Assembly (NCBI RefSeq): GCF_000497125.1
Contig: NC_090604.1
Coordinates: 1 to 64,000 of the forward strand
DNA from: Spironucleus salmonicida
Taxonomy: Eukaryota
Reading direction: 5' to 3'
Length of the DNA stretch: 64,000 nt
The first letter of the stretch is position 1. Each line of letters begins with the position of its first letter. Shown here piece by piece: positions 42,504 to 55,736 of the stretch. Position numbers and translations under genes: made by a program. The notes beneath the pieces are model-generated. The model had not been told where the DNA came from, searched no databases, and saw nothing but the letters and a program-made list of their open reading frames with translations.

Positions 42504-44051
42504 ATGGAAATATGTGATTAACCAACTTTTGTTGATGGAAAACTAACTTTAATACTTGATTTTGCTAATAAAACTCTAGATTTAACCTCGATAACTATTC
42601 CAAAATGTGTTTAAGTATGTATTTAAAAAAAATGTTAACATTAATTGTTCTTTGAGTAACCTAATAACATAATTTCATTAGAAGTACAAGGAATTTTCCC
42701 TAAAAACTTCGATACTATAAAATTTTTAAAGTTAGAATACTTAAAAATTTGTGATTTGAACATTGATTTTATTAATATTCCAAAATCTCTTTCTAAGTTA
42801 GAACTAATAGATGTAGTAATAAAAAATTTATATCAAACTGATTCATAAATTCACACTGTAGTTTTAAACAATATAAAATCCAATATTTAACCTCTTTTTG
42901 ATAATGTATCAAGTTTATCAAACCTGCGAAATCTGTGTCTGGTAAATCTTTAACATTAAGAATTTCTTGTAGATATACCTACATAAATTGACTAAATTTT
43001 AATTTAAGATTGTTAGTTTTCATCTGTGAATGTACAAATAAACTATATTGAATAAGATAAATGTATTGAATTTTAAAATTGTTAATTTTAAAATGTCATA
43101 TTAAATTGTTTATTCGATAAAATAAACATATTTAATTCTAATATTATTCTGTTTTAAGCAACATTTTAAAGTTAATTAAAAGAGTTAACTATTAGCTTTT
43201 CCTCCGATTTTGATTAGATAAATGAAAATTATATTGAACAACTGATCAATATGTTGTAACAAATGAAGTAGCTAATTAAACTCTCATTATTTGATTTTTA
43301 ATTTTAAAATATACTAGTTGTTCCTGAATCAGTCCAATTTTTAGTTATGAAAAACTTAATTTTATAAGATATTAGTATTACATCTGACTCATTTCAACAT
43401 ATTGTCTTAGATAATGTTCGCTTTTTATGTTCTAAAACTTTGGTTTAGATATATAAAACAGCTTCTCTAAGTAGAAAGTTAGAATATTTGATAATTAAAC
43501 ATACTACATTATAATAAGAATCTTAAGTTCTTGTATTTAGTTCTAATATTATTAACTTTATCAAATTGGAAAACTAAAATATCTATTAGCTTTTAATTCC
43601 AAAGTTATGTAAAATTTTAAAGCTTAAAAACAACTAAATTCCTATCATTCGATTTTGTAATCATAATTGTGTAAGTTTAACATTGTCTGGGTGTCTTCAA
43701 GATTATAAGCACCTTTATCATCTACTGTTCTATGCAACTGACCTCTAAAAAGTTTAATTTGATAATTTACTTATTTAAAGGTTTTTTTACAGAACATCGA
43801 TTTAAATTCTGAAATTTAATTAAGTAACCATTAAAAATATAAGCTTTGTATAAAACTATGACTATTTTAATATAAAAATTTAAGAAAAAATAAAAAAGTT
43901 TATATAATTCTAAGATATAGAAAACTATTAAAATTTATTAAAAAATCCACATAAGCTTTAAATAAATAATAATATAAAGTTTTATGCACAAAAATAAGTA
44001 TTAAAACAAAAAATTTTGCAAATTATTTTTCCTGATATCGATTAAATTTGA
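42504..44051 (+). CDS. Leucine-rich-repeat-like hypothetical protein, 515 aa
   Basis: Frame open for 515 codons under code 6; recurrent LxxLxL motifs (IPKSLSKLEL, LSNLRNLCL, QLKELTI, VPESVQFLVM, KLEYLII). Confidence 0.75.
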
Positions 44052-45413
44052 CTATTTAAGAAACAAACGCATCTATATAAAAATAAACAGTGCAATAATC
44101 AAGTATTCAATTCAAAACCATCCTATTATAAATAAAAATAAATGATCTATATTTTATTTAACACAGTTTCTATCAATATCTTAGTTGAGTTATTTACTAC
44201 ATAGAGTAATCTTGTATTCCAAAATTATACTAATAACCCTTCAATGAAGTAAATATAAAACTTATAACCACTAAAAACTATCGATTTATTTAGACAAAAA
44301 ATACAATATTAATATTTCTTAAAAAGTTTCAAATCATATATATTTTAAATCATTCGCGAACTTCAATCGATTATATCCTTTAATATTTGTGCTAAATCCA
44401 ATCTGTCAACAAAATTTAACTTTCAATCCAATTTTTCTCTACAGACAAATGGATGACTATATTAAATTAAAGAAAAAATAAACACATTCCTCCATTTTAG
44501 AATAACATATATATAATATGTTTTTTATCATTATTATGAGTTAAAAATTTCCAATTCTAATATCATCTGCTGATGTAAATAATTTTCATACATTGATTCT
44601 ACGGTTCCAATTCTTTCGCATTTTATGCAATTTAAATATCTACATATACGATAGTAAAAATACTGAATATTATTTTATTGCTAGTAATATTTTATTTTTA
44701 TGCAATATTCGTCTTAGATATATAATATGCATGGGATTCTTCAATAAATATTCATATAATGTTATAATAATTTAAGAAACACTTAAATACAAATTAAATT
44801 CAACCTAAGAGGAAAAATTATGTCCTTGAGACCACTTTAATCTGATCCGTGTTAATAAGTTAAATATATATTATTAAGATAATAATAATTAATTAATATA
44901 TAAATCATCAATAAAAATGAAATGAGTTAATATTTTCTCATCTTTACTACCAATAAGAAAATTATAAATTTATTTAGTATAACATCTTTCTGGTATTGCC
45001 ATATTTAAAAGTATATGTATTTGTCAATTTATTTTCTTTTTGTACTTCAATTATTAAATTCTATGAACATTTGTGTAATATTAAAAATTTAACCAAAATT
45101 TGATTAAAAAAACTGTTAGTTTTAATTTTAACAATTATTTTATTAAAAATATATTTAGATAGAGCATACTATAATTTAGCACTAATGGTTATTTCATATT
45201 TCAAAAGCTGCACACCAATCTAGTTATTACTAAATAAATTATAAAATTTATATAATAAAATACAAAATAATCAGATTTCTGCTATCTGATAAAATAATAA
45301 AACATTTTTACTATTTTATAATATATTTTATAAAAATCTGTGCTAATAACTGCACTCTAACAAATATATTTTAATATGCTCTTTATTTCTTTAACTAATT
45401 TAATATTAAATCC

Positions 45414-46682
45414 TCAGTCAATATAGCTACCTATATGTATCCAATTTTCGTCTAAGTAAATTGTTTCTGCTTTATCAACCGATACTCCTAATGCACTCGC
45501 ATAGGAAATATCATACATATAAGCAGAATTTTCATAATAAGTAGATAATTTATTGATTTAAGACTGGCTTAGCGTGGTTTTACTTATCAAATTCGTTAAT
45601 CTTAATACAAATCGTCCATAATCAACGTTATTTTTAATACGTACAACTTAAAACACAACAGGCTCCAAATATTTTAAATTATGTTCAACACCATCAACAT
45701 CTACTATTACCTAAAGTTCTGCTCCAGTATTGTGAAATTTTACTAAGGTTATATTTTTAATAATAATATTTTCTATTTTTCGTTGTTCTTATAAATAAAG
45801 TTAAAATCCTGAGTTAAAAGCGAGCTTTTCTATTTGATATTGCACATCATGGTTAGTGAAAAATGTTTTTGTTGGAGTAACAGTTTGGTTTAAGTAGCCT
45901 TTACACCAAGATAATCCCTATTGAGTCTAGCAACGCTAACCTGTGGAGTTAACTATAATATAATTTTCAGTGATCTGGAGCCCGTTAAAATATCGCTAGT
46001 CAGTAGCAATTGGATATGTATAATCCACTCTAGGATAATATGTTTACTCTATAAGAAGTTTCATAAGGGCATCCATAATACTTTAGCCTACTGATTAACC
46101 AAGATCTCCGTTCAGAATATCTTTTAAAAATTCAGTGATGAAAAGACTAATTGAGTTTAAAAGTACTTAGTTACCACACTAGAATGATATTGAAAAGTTT
46201 TCAATACTAACACGAGTATCCCTGGTGTAAATTGTATATTTACTCTTACATTCATCATTGAAAGCTACTGATGCATAAGTGGAAATTGTGAAATCGTTTA
46301 TTTTAAGTTAGAGAGTACCACTATCATATAAATAAGGAAAACTTCGTTATTCAAGTTTAAGCTCAAAAACGATGTCTAGAGCTACGTCTGTTACTTTTAT
46401 TATAGCTGAATCATTTTATAGATAAATATTCATATTGCTTATGTCAACTTATAAAATACGACCATTATTCAGAGTAATTTAAACGCCTAGTGTTGTGAAC
46501 TAGACTTATAATGCCGATATCGACCCTTAGATACTACCAATAGCATTTTAAACATTACGAGTACAGTATTTTGAAATCCCATATCTAGTCACAAAAACAC
46601 GCATAGCAGAGTCTTCGAGAACTGGGCTTTCATTATCAAATTTTACAGGCTAGCACTATACTGAAAGGAGTAATGTTAGCAT
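45414..46682 (-). CDS. Secreted BPI/LBP (TULIP)-like lipid-binding protein, 422 aa, AT-rich copy
   Basis: MLTLLLSVQCQP signal-like start; AMRVFVTRYGISKY resembles the BPI N-terminal strand; colinear with 52117-53388 over the full length. The CDS is secure, the family call is inference. Confidence 0.8.
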
Positions 46683-48514
46683 TTTAAAATCATTTACAGA
46701 TAGGAATGGATAGTAGTACCTTCTAATAAATAAAATAAGCACATTATTTTTTATATTTTAATATTATGACCATAACTAAGTATACGTATTAATAAATATT
46801 ATTTGTGGGGACTATCGTTCTAGTGGGGAATCAGTATAAATTATAACTTATAAATATTTATTACTTAGAGTAAAATAATTATAAAATATTATTTCCTGAT
46901 ATTAATTTATTGTATTCCTCTCTTTATTTTATGTTTTTAACGCTCAAAGTATACCACCTTTAACAGTATTATTTTCGAAATCACACTACAAAGTGATATT
47001 GTATAACTTAAAATATTACAATTTATATATATTTCTACTATTCTACGCAAATAAAAAACCTTTTGTATTAATTATTATATACATATAATAATAACTATTA
47101 TTATATTATAGAAACTAGGTTTTCAAAAACTAACTATATTCAGATTGTTCTCAAATTTTGCCTACAGCAACAGAATAAACAGTGAAATTTAAGCAGCAAA
47201 ACTAACGATCGAATTGAAGTTCGCGCCTATCCGGCAATGAGACCTTCTGATTTAAAGAATAACTTGCAAATTTACATTGAATTTTTATGCTAAAAATTTA
47301 CGATTTAACTTAATAAAGAAAAAATTTATTCGAAACTTTAAAATAATATATATTATTATATTATATATATGATATTATATTATTTAATATATTATGAACT
47401 ATATATTATATAATAATGCATAACATCACTCCAAAATTATCGTATTTTTGCCAAATGTCGCTTTGAATATGCATTTTTAGCAAATGCTAAGCTGCATATA
47501 AATTGAATGTCAATTACACCTTTGATTTGCGAGTTTCTCATATTTAAATCTTATTCAGCGGAAATAATGAAAATCGCAAACTGCAAACTGGAAAATACAG
47601 GCTAATTTAATCCAGTGGTGCGATTTATGGTTCAATGGAGATGTAGCTAGCTTATAAATTAGTGTTTTCAAGCAAATTGTACTAGTATTGTCAATTCAGT
47701 CGATTTAATTCTAGGTAATACTAATAGTTACGCTGTCAAAGTGGAAATATGCTAATCGAAGATGTAAACAAGCTGCAATAGGTAAAATACTTACGGTAGG
47801 AATGTTAGAAGTAATGCAATAGGGTTTAAGGTTTAAACTAGACTACTATATGCTTAAATCAGCATATTGAAATTAATGATAACTTTGAAGGGTAAAATAC
47901 AAGTAAAGCCTAGTCTGTACTGATTAAATTAGCTATAAGGGTTCATTTTGCTTTTAACCCGATATGAATAATATTTACTATTTTTGGAAACCGTTATGGT
48001 ATAATAAATATTTATCATCTGAAATTCTGATAGAAACTGGATTTGATGGCAAGTATGTTAGTGATATATTCTCTTAGCTGAGTTTAGCTAACTATTGTAT
48101 AAAAAATTGAAATTTTAAATGTTTTAATAGGCTTGGTCATGATAATAATTAAGTTAAACTGAAACAATAAATCATTGAAATTCGTGTACATGATGTGCTG
48201 AATACTTTGCAATTAGGTTAATCTAACTAATTCTTACTAATAGTAAGTAAAGGAAGACCTACAAGAACAGAATCGAATAAGTGAAGATTAAAAACGCGCA
48301 TATTTATGTCTGTGATGCAATTTAAAGTATATTATACAGATTTTTAAGTTTCTTACTATTATAATTTTAAACATTATTTTACTTTTTGCATACTGCTTTC
48401 TTCCTAATTTAGTATAAGATATGTACCATAATGTACTATTACTAAGTTTAGACTAAAAACTGAATTTCACTTAACCTGCACGGAAATACAATTATTACAC
48501 TATCTAAAACAGAA

Positions 48515-49444
48515 ATGGTACCAATAGAGTAATGTAACGAATACGAGAACAGGTGTCGTGCCAACTATCTATGTCCATCCTTTTCTTCAGAGGACACCGA
48601 CTGTATTCTGTGTGGATAAAATAGCCCTACCTACGTAGATTGTAATTGCACAGATTTTACACCAACCGAAGAGTGTAAGATCTGCAAAGATGGTGCCTGC
48701 ATAGAGTGCTTCAACAACCTTTTCGTGAACAATGGCAAGTGCAGTCAAATAGACCCCAGCCTCATCTAGTGCGCAACGAACAAGAAGTGCCGGTACCGTG
48801 ACTTGGGCTACTGCGACAGCAAGACCAAGACGTGCGCAAAGTGCCAGGAGGGGTGCGACATCTGCACGTCAGCGGAATTCTGCGTCCAGTGCAAAAGCGG
48901 TACGGCTGCCCCGCTCACCACAACCGATGGTAAGTGCACCGCCACCTGCACTCCCTCGGCTGGGCAGTACTGCAATGGCAGTACTGCTACTACATGTGCT
49001 GATGGCATAACCAGCGCCTGCAAGTGCCAGGACGTCGCCAACTGCGCCACCTGTAATGATACAGACGGTGGTAGCAGCTGCGGGGCGTGCCTCAAGAACC
49101 TGAAGCTGGACGGGGGAAAGTGTGAGGTGTGCAAGGATGGCTTCGAGATGCTCGGCAAGCTGTGCGTAGCCCTAGAGACCGCTGTGGAGCCGGAGGACCC
49201 CAAGCCCCCGGTGGAACCAGAAAAACCGAACCCACCGATCAACCCAGATCCCTCGGTAAAGCCAACCGATCCTGAAGCCACAGAGGAGAGCAAGAACACT
49301 CGCTTGAGCAGTGGTGCGATTGTAGGAATCGTGCTAGGTGTCGTCGCAGTCGCTGCCGTCGTGGGTGGCGGGCTCGCCTACTACTTTGTGAAGAAGCACA
49401 AGAAGGCTGCTGGCGGCAGTGCGACTCAAGTGCAGGTTGAGTGA
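48515..49444 (+). CDS. Cysteine-rich membrane protein (CRMP1/VSP-like), 309 aa
   Basis: Many CXXC/CXC motifs, Pro/Glu-rich stalk, LSSGAIVGIVLGVVAVAAVVGGGLAYYFV transmembrane helix followed by KKHKK; extends track ORF 48803..49444 upstream through TAA/TAG to ATG 48515. Confidence 0.93.
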
Positions 49445-49999
49445 CTGGAATTTTAGCAGATTGCGCGCATCACTGGTTAAGATTTGAGACCAAACAGCCA
49501 AACTGTACCAGAGTGCGAGGAAAATGACTTAGATTTAGGATGAAAATTATACCCGGTGCCCCTAATATACGGAGACACCATTTGGCAGTCTAAAGCCATC
49601 GAATGCAGTTTCCATGGAAGTTTGGGAGAATCGTCAGCCTTGTTAGCTCCAACTCCCTCGATAACGAACCGAGCACCCAGTATCCTGGTTAGGCAGCTTC
49701 TGGGAATCGTGGGCGATGCAAATAATATAGAGCAGTGATTAATCTGTATCACTGAAGATGACATCGTTGTATCTCCAGCCAACGCGCGTCCTAGTCAACG
49801 GATCAGAGTGGCGAGGACATGAAGTAGAATTGGGAACATATCCAGTCTGGAATTCTCCATGGCATCACATGCAGTTTACCGTTTATTGACGCTAGTGGTG
49901 ATGCGCCTGCCAGCTATTTCTGGAGCCGGTAAGGTTCCACCGTAAGTAGCTCCAGTCAATATTCCCAATCCGTACCTTCCCTGCTCGTAAGCACGCTCA

Positions 50000-50344
50000 T
50001 CATGCTGCCGAGATGAACTGGCCCGCCAGCTGCAGGAGCACCGTCACGACGTTGATGGTGAGCAGCTTGTAGAGCGTGAGGTTGGCGAAGAGGCTGTTGT
50101 TCTCGTAGGAGAGCAGCACGATAGCGGTTAACATAACGGACGATATCAGGATCTTGAGGATCTGCAGCGCGAAGGGCAGCACCACCAGCACCGAGAATAT
50201 TACCACGCTCTTTTGGTGCCGGTGCACGCGGAGCGCCAGGATAGTGCAATTGATGAGTTGCACGATAGAACAGGTCGCTATCTACACCAGGAAGGATATC
50301 AGGAAGATGCTCCTGTAGGAAATCGGGATGGCGGTGTCGGGCAT
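50000..50344 (-). CDS. Small multi-pass membrane protein, 114 aa, GC-rich codons
   Basis: MPDTAIPISYRSIFLISFLVQIATCSIVQLINC...; about three hydrophobic segments; strong G/C third-position bias in this frame. Confidence 0.7.
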
Positions 50345-51449
50345 TGTGTGGAGTTGATATGTATATAATAATATAAGACATCGTACTCAAAATGCAACCG
50401 AAAGGCCCAGGCAAGGACTGGCGGCTGTGACCATATTCGACTGGTGCTGGGTGCTAGGATTGGAGGCAATGATCCTTAATTTGGTATATCTGATTTTGGT
50501 GCCTGCGATATGTCTGCCACCAGTGATAACTTTTTGGATGTACCTCCACGCGGGGCTTAACCTACACGGGGATACCGCATCTAGAATAATACTGCTCGGG
50601 TGATAAGTATGAATGTCTGCAGTAAATTGTTGGCCGATGCGCGGCATCCTCCAAAATGGCTGAGGTCGGTTAAGCGAGCTGGTGGATACCTGAAAGAGGG
50701 CCAGCCGGTTCGTGTTCGACAAGCTGGGAAAGCTCAGCCTATCTAATATGTTAAAATACCGCGGGTGTCTCTTTGCGTGGTATCATACTAGGAGATGTGC
50801 AGATAGTCTAAAACTAATGAATATGCAAGATGGGCTGAGGCGGTAGCCATCCTTATCAATAGGGCGTAAGCTTGAGCACGGGATGCTAGTTCAAGTTATT
50901 CTGATAACACCGCTGACTGGGTTCGATCAGACACTGGCTTTGCCATCGGCAAGACACACAGTAAAATATGCTCCTAAATGCCAGAATAAATGTCTAAGTT
51001 CTGATATCCAAGTTACTGTGGTTTGTTTCCAACAATGCCGTATTGTTACGAGTTTATATATTTTTTACTTAAATATTCTCCGATCTAGTTTGCGACTATA
51101 ATTTATTTTAATTATAATTTGGTATTAGTAAGCGTCATCTAACCAAAAGACATATAGTTTTCAAAACATATTAAAAATCAAAAATGTACCCACTGGAATT
51201 TTAACCTGGCAAGGCCAATAGCTGTTTATCAGATATGTATTGCGCGGCGAATATCCCAAGCGACTTCTCCTGTTCATCGTGTAAAGATCTTACCTTTCCT
51301 AGGCAAATATCTTGTAGCTGTAAAGATGAGACTCGACTACTGAACTGCAAGGCGTGCGAAAACCGTGCCCGCATAAACTGCTTCAACAAACTTTTCGTTT
51401 ACCAGATTTAGCTACCCCAGTCTAAAGCCTTCACCCCATTTTAGGAAGC

Positions 51450-51910
51450 ATACTACAAAAAAACTACTTTAAGTCATTACTCCGCCTAAAGGCAGACGCA
51501 AAAGCAGGTGCAAAGCTAAACAGGTAAATAGTCATTGAAATTGACAGCACCAGAGTCCAGTTTTGCCATGCACATACTGCTCCATTTTTCACAGAAGCTG
51601 ATGAATTCTAATAATACTGATCCTCAAATGCCTCCCACCACGTCGGAAAATCGGCTCAGACGATGATGGTAAACATCATTATTGAAACTGTATAATAGCT
51701 TATTATATAAGAGTTTAGATATATTTTGCTTCCACTTTACTCTAACGCCCGAACTTCCCACCAGGTGCAATCTGCTATCGCACTAGAGCGAAGTGCCCAC
51801 GCTGCAACGCCGAAATCTTCACCTCTGCATTCCGGCAAAAGCATACCCTTAGCTGCACGGTCAGCCTGTGGCTAGCTAAACTGTACTAAAAGACAAAATA
51901 TTTTCATAAC
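51450..51910 (-). pseudogene. Possible decayed CRMP-like gene
   Basis: Frame-broken fragments CSQGY, SAIADCT and SMCMAKLDSGAV (compare RLSSGAIV before the CRMP transmembrane helix). Weak. Confidence 0.25.
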
Positions 51911-52116
51911 TGAAAACTTTCTTGTATACATATTAAAAGCCGTAGAATATACTCAAAATCTGCGTTATAGATTAAATTATAATTTTATTTCGGACACTCA
52001 TTTCTGAAAATTCGCATCAGTCGCCCAGAGCAACGTTTTTAGCTACCCTTGCTGCTAAAACGCACCGCCCGACGCCGAAGCCCCAAAAGGCGCCTCGGCC
52101 AAACTAACCCAAAAAC

Positions 52117-53388
52117 TCATTCAATAAAGCTGCCGATGTGGATCCAGTTCGCGTCCAGGTACACCACCTCCGCCCGCTTGGCCGATACGCCCAGTGCGCT
52201 GGCGTACGCGATGTCGTACATGGGGTAGGAGCTATCGAAGTAGTCGGCGAGAGACTTGCGCTGCGCGGGTGTCAACGTGGTCTCACTAATCAAGTTCGTG
52301 AGCCGCACCCCGAACCGCCCGAAGTCCACGTTATCCTTGATGCGCTACAGACCGAATACCACTGGCTCAAGGTAGGTAAGCGTGTGTGTGGTGCCGTCCA
52401 CGTCTAGCTTCACCTCGACCTTAGCACCCGTGTTGTGAAATTTAACCAGCGTTATATTCTTTATAATAATATTACCAATTTTGCGCTCTTCTTCCAAATA
52501 CAGCTTGAAGCCCGAGTTGAACGCCAGCTTCTCGATCTGGTACTGCACGTGGTGGTTGGTGAAGTACGTGAGCGGGGTGGTCACTTTTTCATCCAAATTG
52601 CCCTTGCAGTGCTCCGCGTTTGGGTGCTAGTACAAACAGCGCTGCCCCGTGGAGTTAACCATTATGAAGTTTTCGCCGATTTCCAGGCCGTTGAAGTAGC
52701 GCTAATCAGTGCCCACAAACTGCGTGTAGCTCATGCGCGGCAGGTACGTCTGCTCGATCAGCAGCTTCATGAGCGCATCCATGAGCTTCTGGCCCATGTC
52801 CTGCCCCAGTGAACCGTTGAGCAGGTCTTTCAGGTAGCTCGTCAGGAACACGCTGATCGAGTTCAGCAGCACCTCGTAATTGGACTTGAACTAAATTTTG
52901 AAGTCGTCGACGCTTACGATAGTCTACCTTGTCGCGATCTTGTACTTGTTCTTGCACTCATCGGGAATCTCCACGGTTGCTAAAGTAGAAATGGTGAAAT
53001 CGCTGATTTCCAGCTGCATGGTCCCGGTGTCGTAGAGATACGGGTACGTCTTCTGCTCGAGCTTCAGTTCGAAGATGATGTTCATCAGGACGTCGGACAC
53101 CTTGATCGTGGAGGAGCTGCTATGCAGGAAAATGCTCATGTTGTTGAGCTCGATTTCTATGATTCTCCCATTTTTAAGCTGGATCCCGATGCCGGCGACC
53201 GCGTAGTTGACCTCGATGGCGGACAGGGAGCCCTGGATCGTCCCAATGGCGTTCTTGATGTTGCGCGTGCAGTAGCGCTCGATTCCCTGCTTGGTGACGA
53301 AAACGCGCATTGCGGCGTCGGCGAGTGTGGGGCTCTCGATGTCGAAGCCGATCGGCTGGCAGGTGGCTTGCAGGAGGAGGACAAGCAT
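52117..53388 (-). CDS. Secreted BPI/LBP (TULIP)-like lipid-binding protein, 423 aa, GC-rich copy
   Basis: ATG at 53388 (MLVLLLQATCQP); joins track ORFs 52924..53592, 52345..52596 and 52117..52329 through TAG/TAA; ends WIHIGSFIE versus WIHIGSYID in the paralogue. Confidence 0.82.
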
Positions 53389-54429
53389 TGACTGGAGTGG
53401 AGGGCGGATTGTGCGGAAACCTGATTGAAATGCTGATTCGATTTGCGAAGTTTCGGGCCGATTTGGGTATATTATCAGTAGTGAATGTATTATCCATTTC
53501 TGGGATTTCAAGTATAGTATAATTTTTCCAAGAATATAGGTTCGGTAACAAAATTGGGCAAAGTTGGTTTTAATAACTAAAAGTAGTAGCAATTGAGGAG
53601 AATCTTTTTATGAATTTTTCTATCCGTTAAACTAATCGTATAAAATGCGTAAAATCACTTTTAAAGGTGATAAAATTTTCTAGAATTCTGATATATTTCA
53701 TAATAATTAGGAGTAACTTTTATAATTTAAAAACGGTTTCAATTTTCTCTACGAAAATAACGATACTTGAAATATATAATAATATATAATAATATACACC
53801 ATTGGTATTCATCGGGGTTATTCATATTAGACTGTGATATTTATGCTTATTTTAGGTTGGAATATTAGACTAATCCGCATTAGATGAAGTTTTGCGTAGA
53901 ATAGGGATGTTCAGAGCTTTAGTGCCATTGTTAGTGGCCGCGCAGGATGATACCAAAATTGGCCAGTAGGATAACGCAAAGTGGGCCTTCGTCCTGTAGT
54001 CTTTGGCTAATATGTACGCCACACAGTCTCTAGCGCGCTGAGCCCCAGTTTCTCTGCACTTCAGCTTATTGCTAAGTTTTGCCAGACGCTCATTGTATTT
54101 TTTCCGAAATACTAACTACCCATTATTCATAAGTAAAACTGCAGATAAAATCTCATTTAATAACCGGAAGTTGAGATTCATTTTAAAGTACTTTAGGCGC
54201 TTGCAGATTTTTGGTTTTTGGATTAATATGGAAACATATCTAAAACTAAATACGTAATATAATATTTTTATCGCAACAGTATTATTTGCCTACATCTTAA
54301 GCTACAAAACCAAAATATATGCAATCTTCTTCAATCGTTTATTTATTACAATTGCTGGAAACTTAGCGTAAAATACTTATTATTATTCAGTACTATTAAA
54401 TGGTATTCGCAAAAATATTTTTTTTCAAA

Positions 54430-54960
54430 ATGGCCAACTACAAGTGTCCCGTAACTGCTCCGAATGACTGCCCGAAACCGCTAATTCTTCACTGATGCTC
54501 AGCAGTGCATATAATGTCAGTCAAAACGTGCCATTAGTTCTGCGTTTCGGTCTAGTTGTAGCTTATGCTGCAGTGAGCACATTACCTGAAATTTAGCTGA
54601 AAATGTCTATATGGCCTTCATTTCTCACTTTGCAAGTCTTTGAAATCCGCTAATGGCGATCACCGTTCCATTTTAGGCGGCAAAATCTGCGAACGCTGCC
54701 CTGTAAACTGTGAAAAAGGCCCTGTTGGAAACAGCTGCGAGATCTATATTGTAGGCTCCTTCCTCAAAAACGGAAAGTGCGCAAATCGCAGAATCTGCAA
54801 ATCTGGGGTCAATTTCGAGTGTCTCTTTGGTGTATTGGAAAATGCTCAATCATTACGTAATAAGCACTACGGAAACAAGTGCAACGAATTCTCCCATAGA
54901 TTTTCCGTACGAAACTGCTTGCAGTAGATGAGTATGTGGTGGTGTTTTTCGAGTTTTCAG
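54430..54960 (+). pseudogene. Decayed paralogue of the cysteine-rich protein at 62666-64000
   Basis: SILGGKICERCPVNCEKGPVGNSCEIYIVGSFLKNGKC..RICKS aligns with SVLINKACESCPAYCKNCSINGRCEICIDGYFLKNGKC..RICKS; several Cys lost; in-frame TGA stops upstream. Confidence 0.7.
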
Positions 54961-55736
54961 GGTCTGTAGGAGATATGAATGTGCGAAACCAGGTTAAATT
55001 AGCCTATTTGTAGCTTTTTGAGACGAAATGTGACGTTTTAGCGAAAAATGAGTAGTGCTTGAAAGGAAAAGCAGTTATTTGGAATCTAGAATTTTGATAT
55101 TATTTGAAGCGGAACTAGTGGCATGTGAATATAATTTAGCAACTTGGATGCTTTGGGTAAATATAATTTTTGCATTAATTTAGCACACTTGGTCGTATTT
55201 GTAGGACTAAAGTGATTAGTGGGGTTTATTTGAATACGTATAAGAGTAGCCTAAGTGTAGTTGGGTTTTACTGGGCATGGTGTAATGTGCTGCTAATAGA
55301 GGTAGTCAATTTGGGAGGTTTATTAATACAAAATTCTAAAATTCACGTTAATAGACTATTATTTAATCTTTATGAGCTTACTTTACGTGTTTATTGTTTT
55401 TACGCTAAGTTTAAGATAGCATTTTGGAAGTACCTACATACTCGATTATCTAAGCTTTGTTTAAATCTTAACATATTTTATTGTAATAAAATGTAATTTA
55501 TTTTAATATTCAATAAATTATTATTATGTTTTTAAATTGAAATATGAATAGTTTTATTTAATATAAATATTATAATGTTATAAATCATTCATATTCATAA
55601 TATAAAAGGATAATATTTTATATTTGGTAAAATTTCAATTTAAATAATAAATACTAATAGTATTTAAACAAATTATAGCATATACTATATTTGAAAAAAA
55701 CATATTTTATTATTGTTTCTACTTATATTTGTTTTT

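Noticed and set aside
49477-50722. Track ORFs 49477..49782, 49556..49738, 49956..50414 and 50387..50722
   Set aside because: No motifs or codon bias; 49956..50414 is an alternative frame of the 50000-50344 gene.
52138-53551. Multiple overlapping ORFs on both strands, and the upstream start at 53592
   Set aside because: By-products of high GC3 in the BPI-like gene; the paralogue alignment places the start at 53388.
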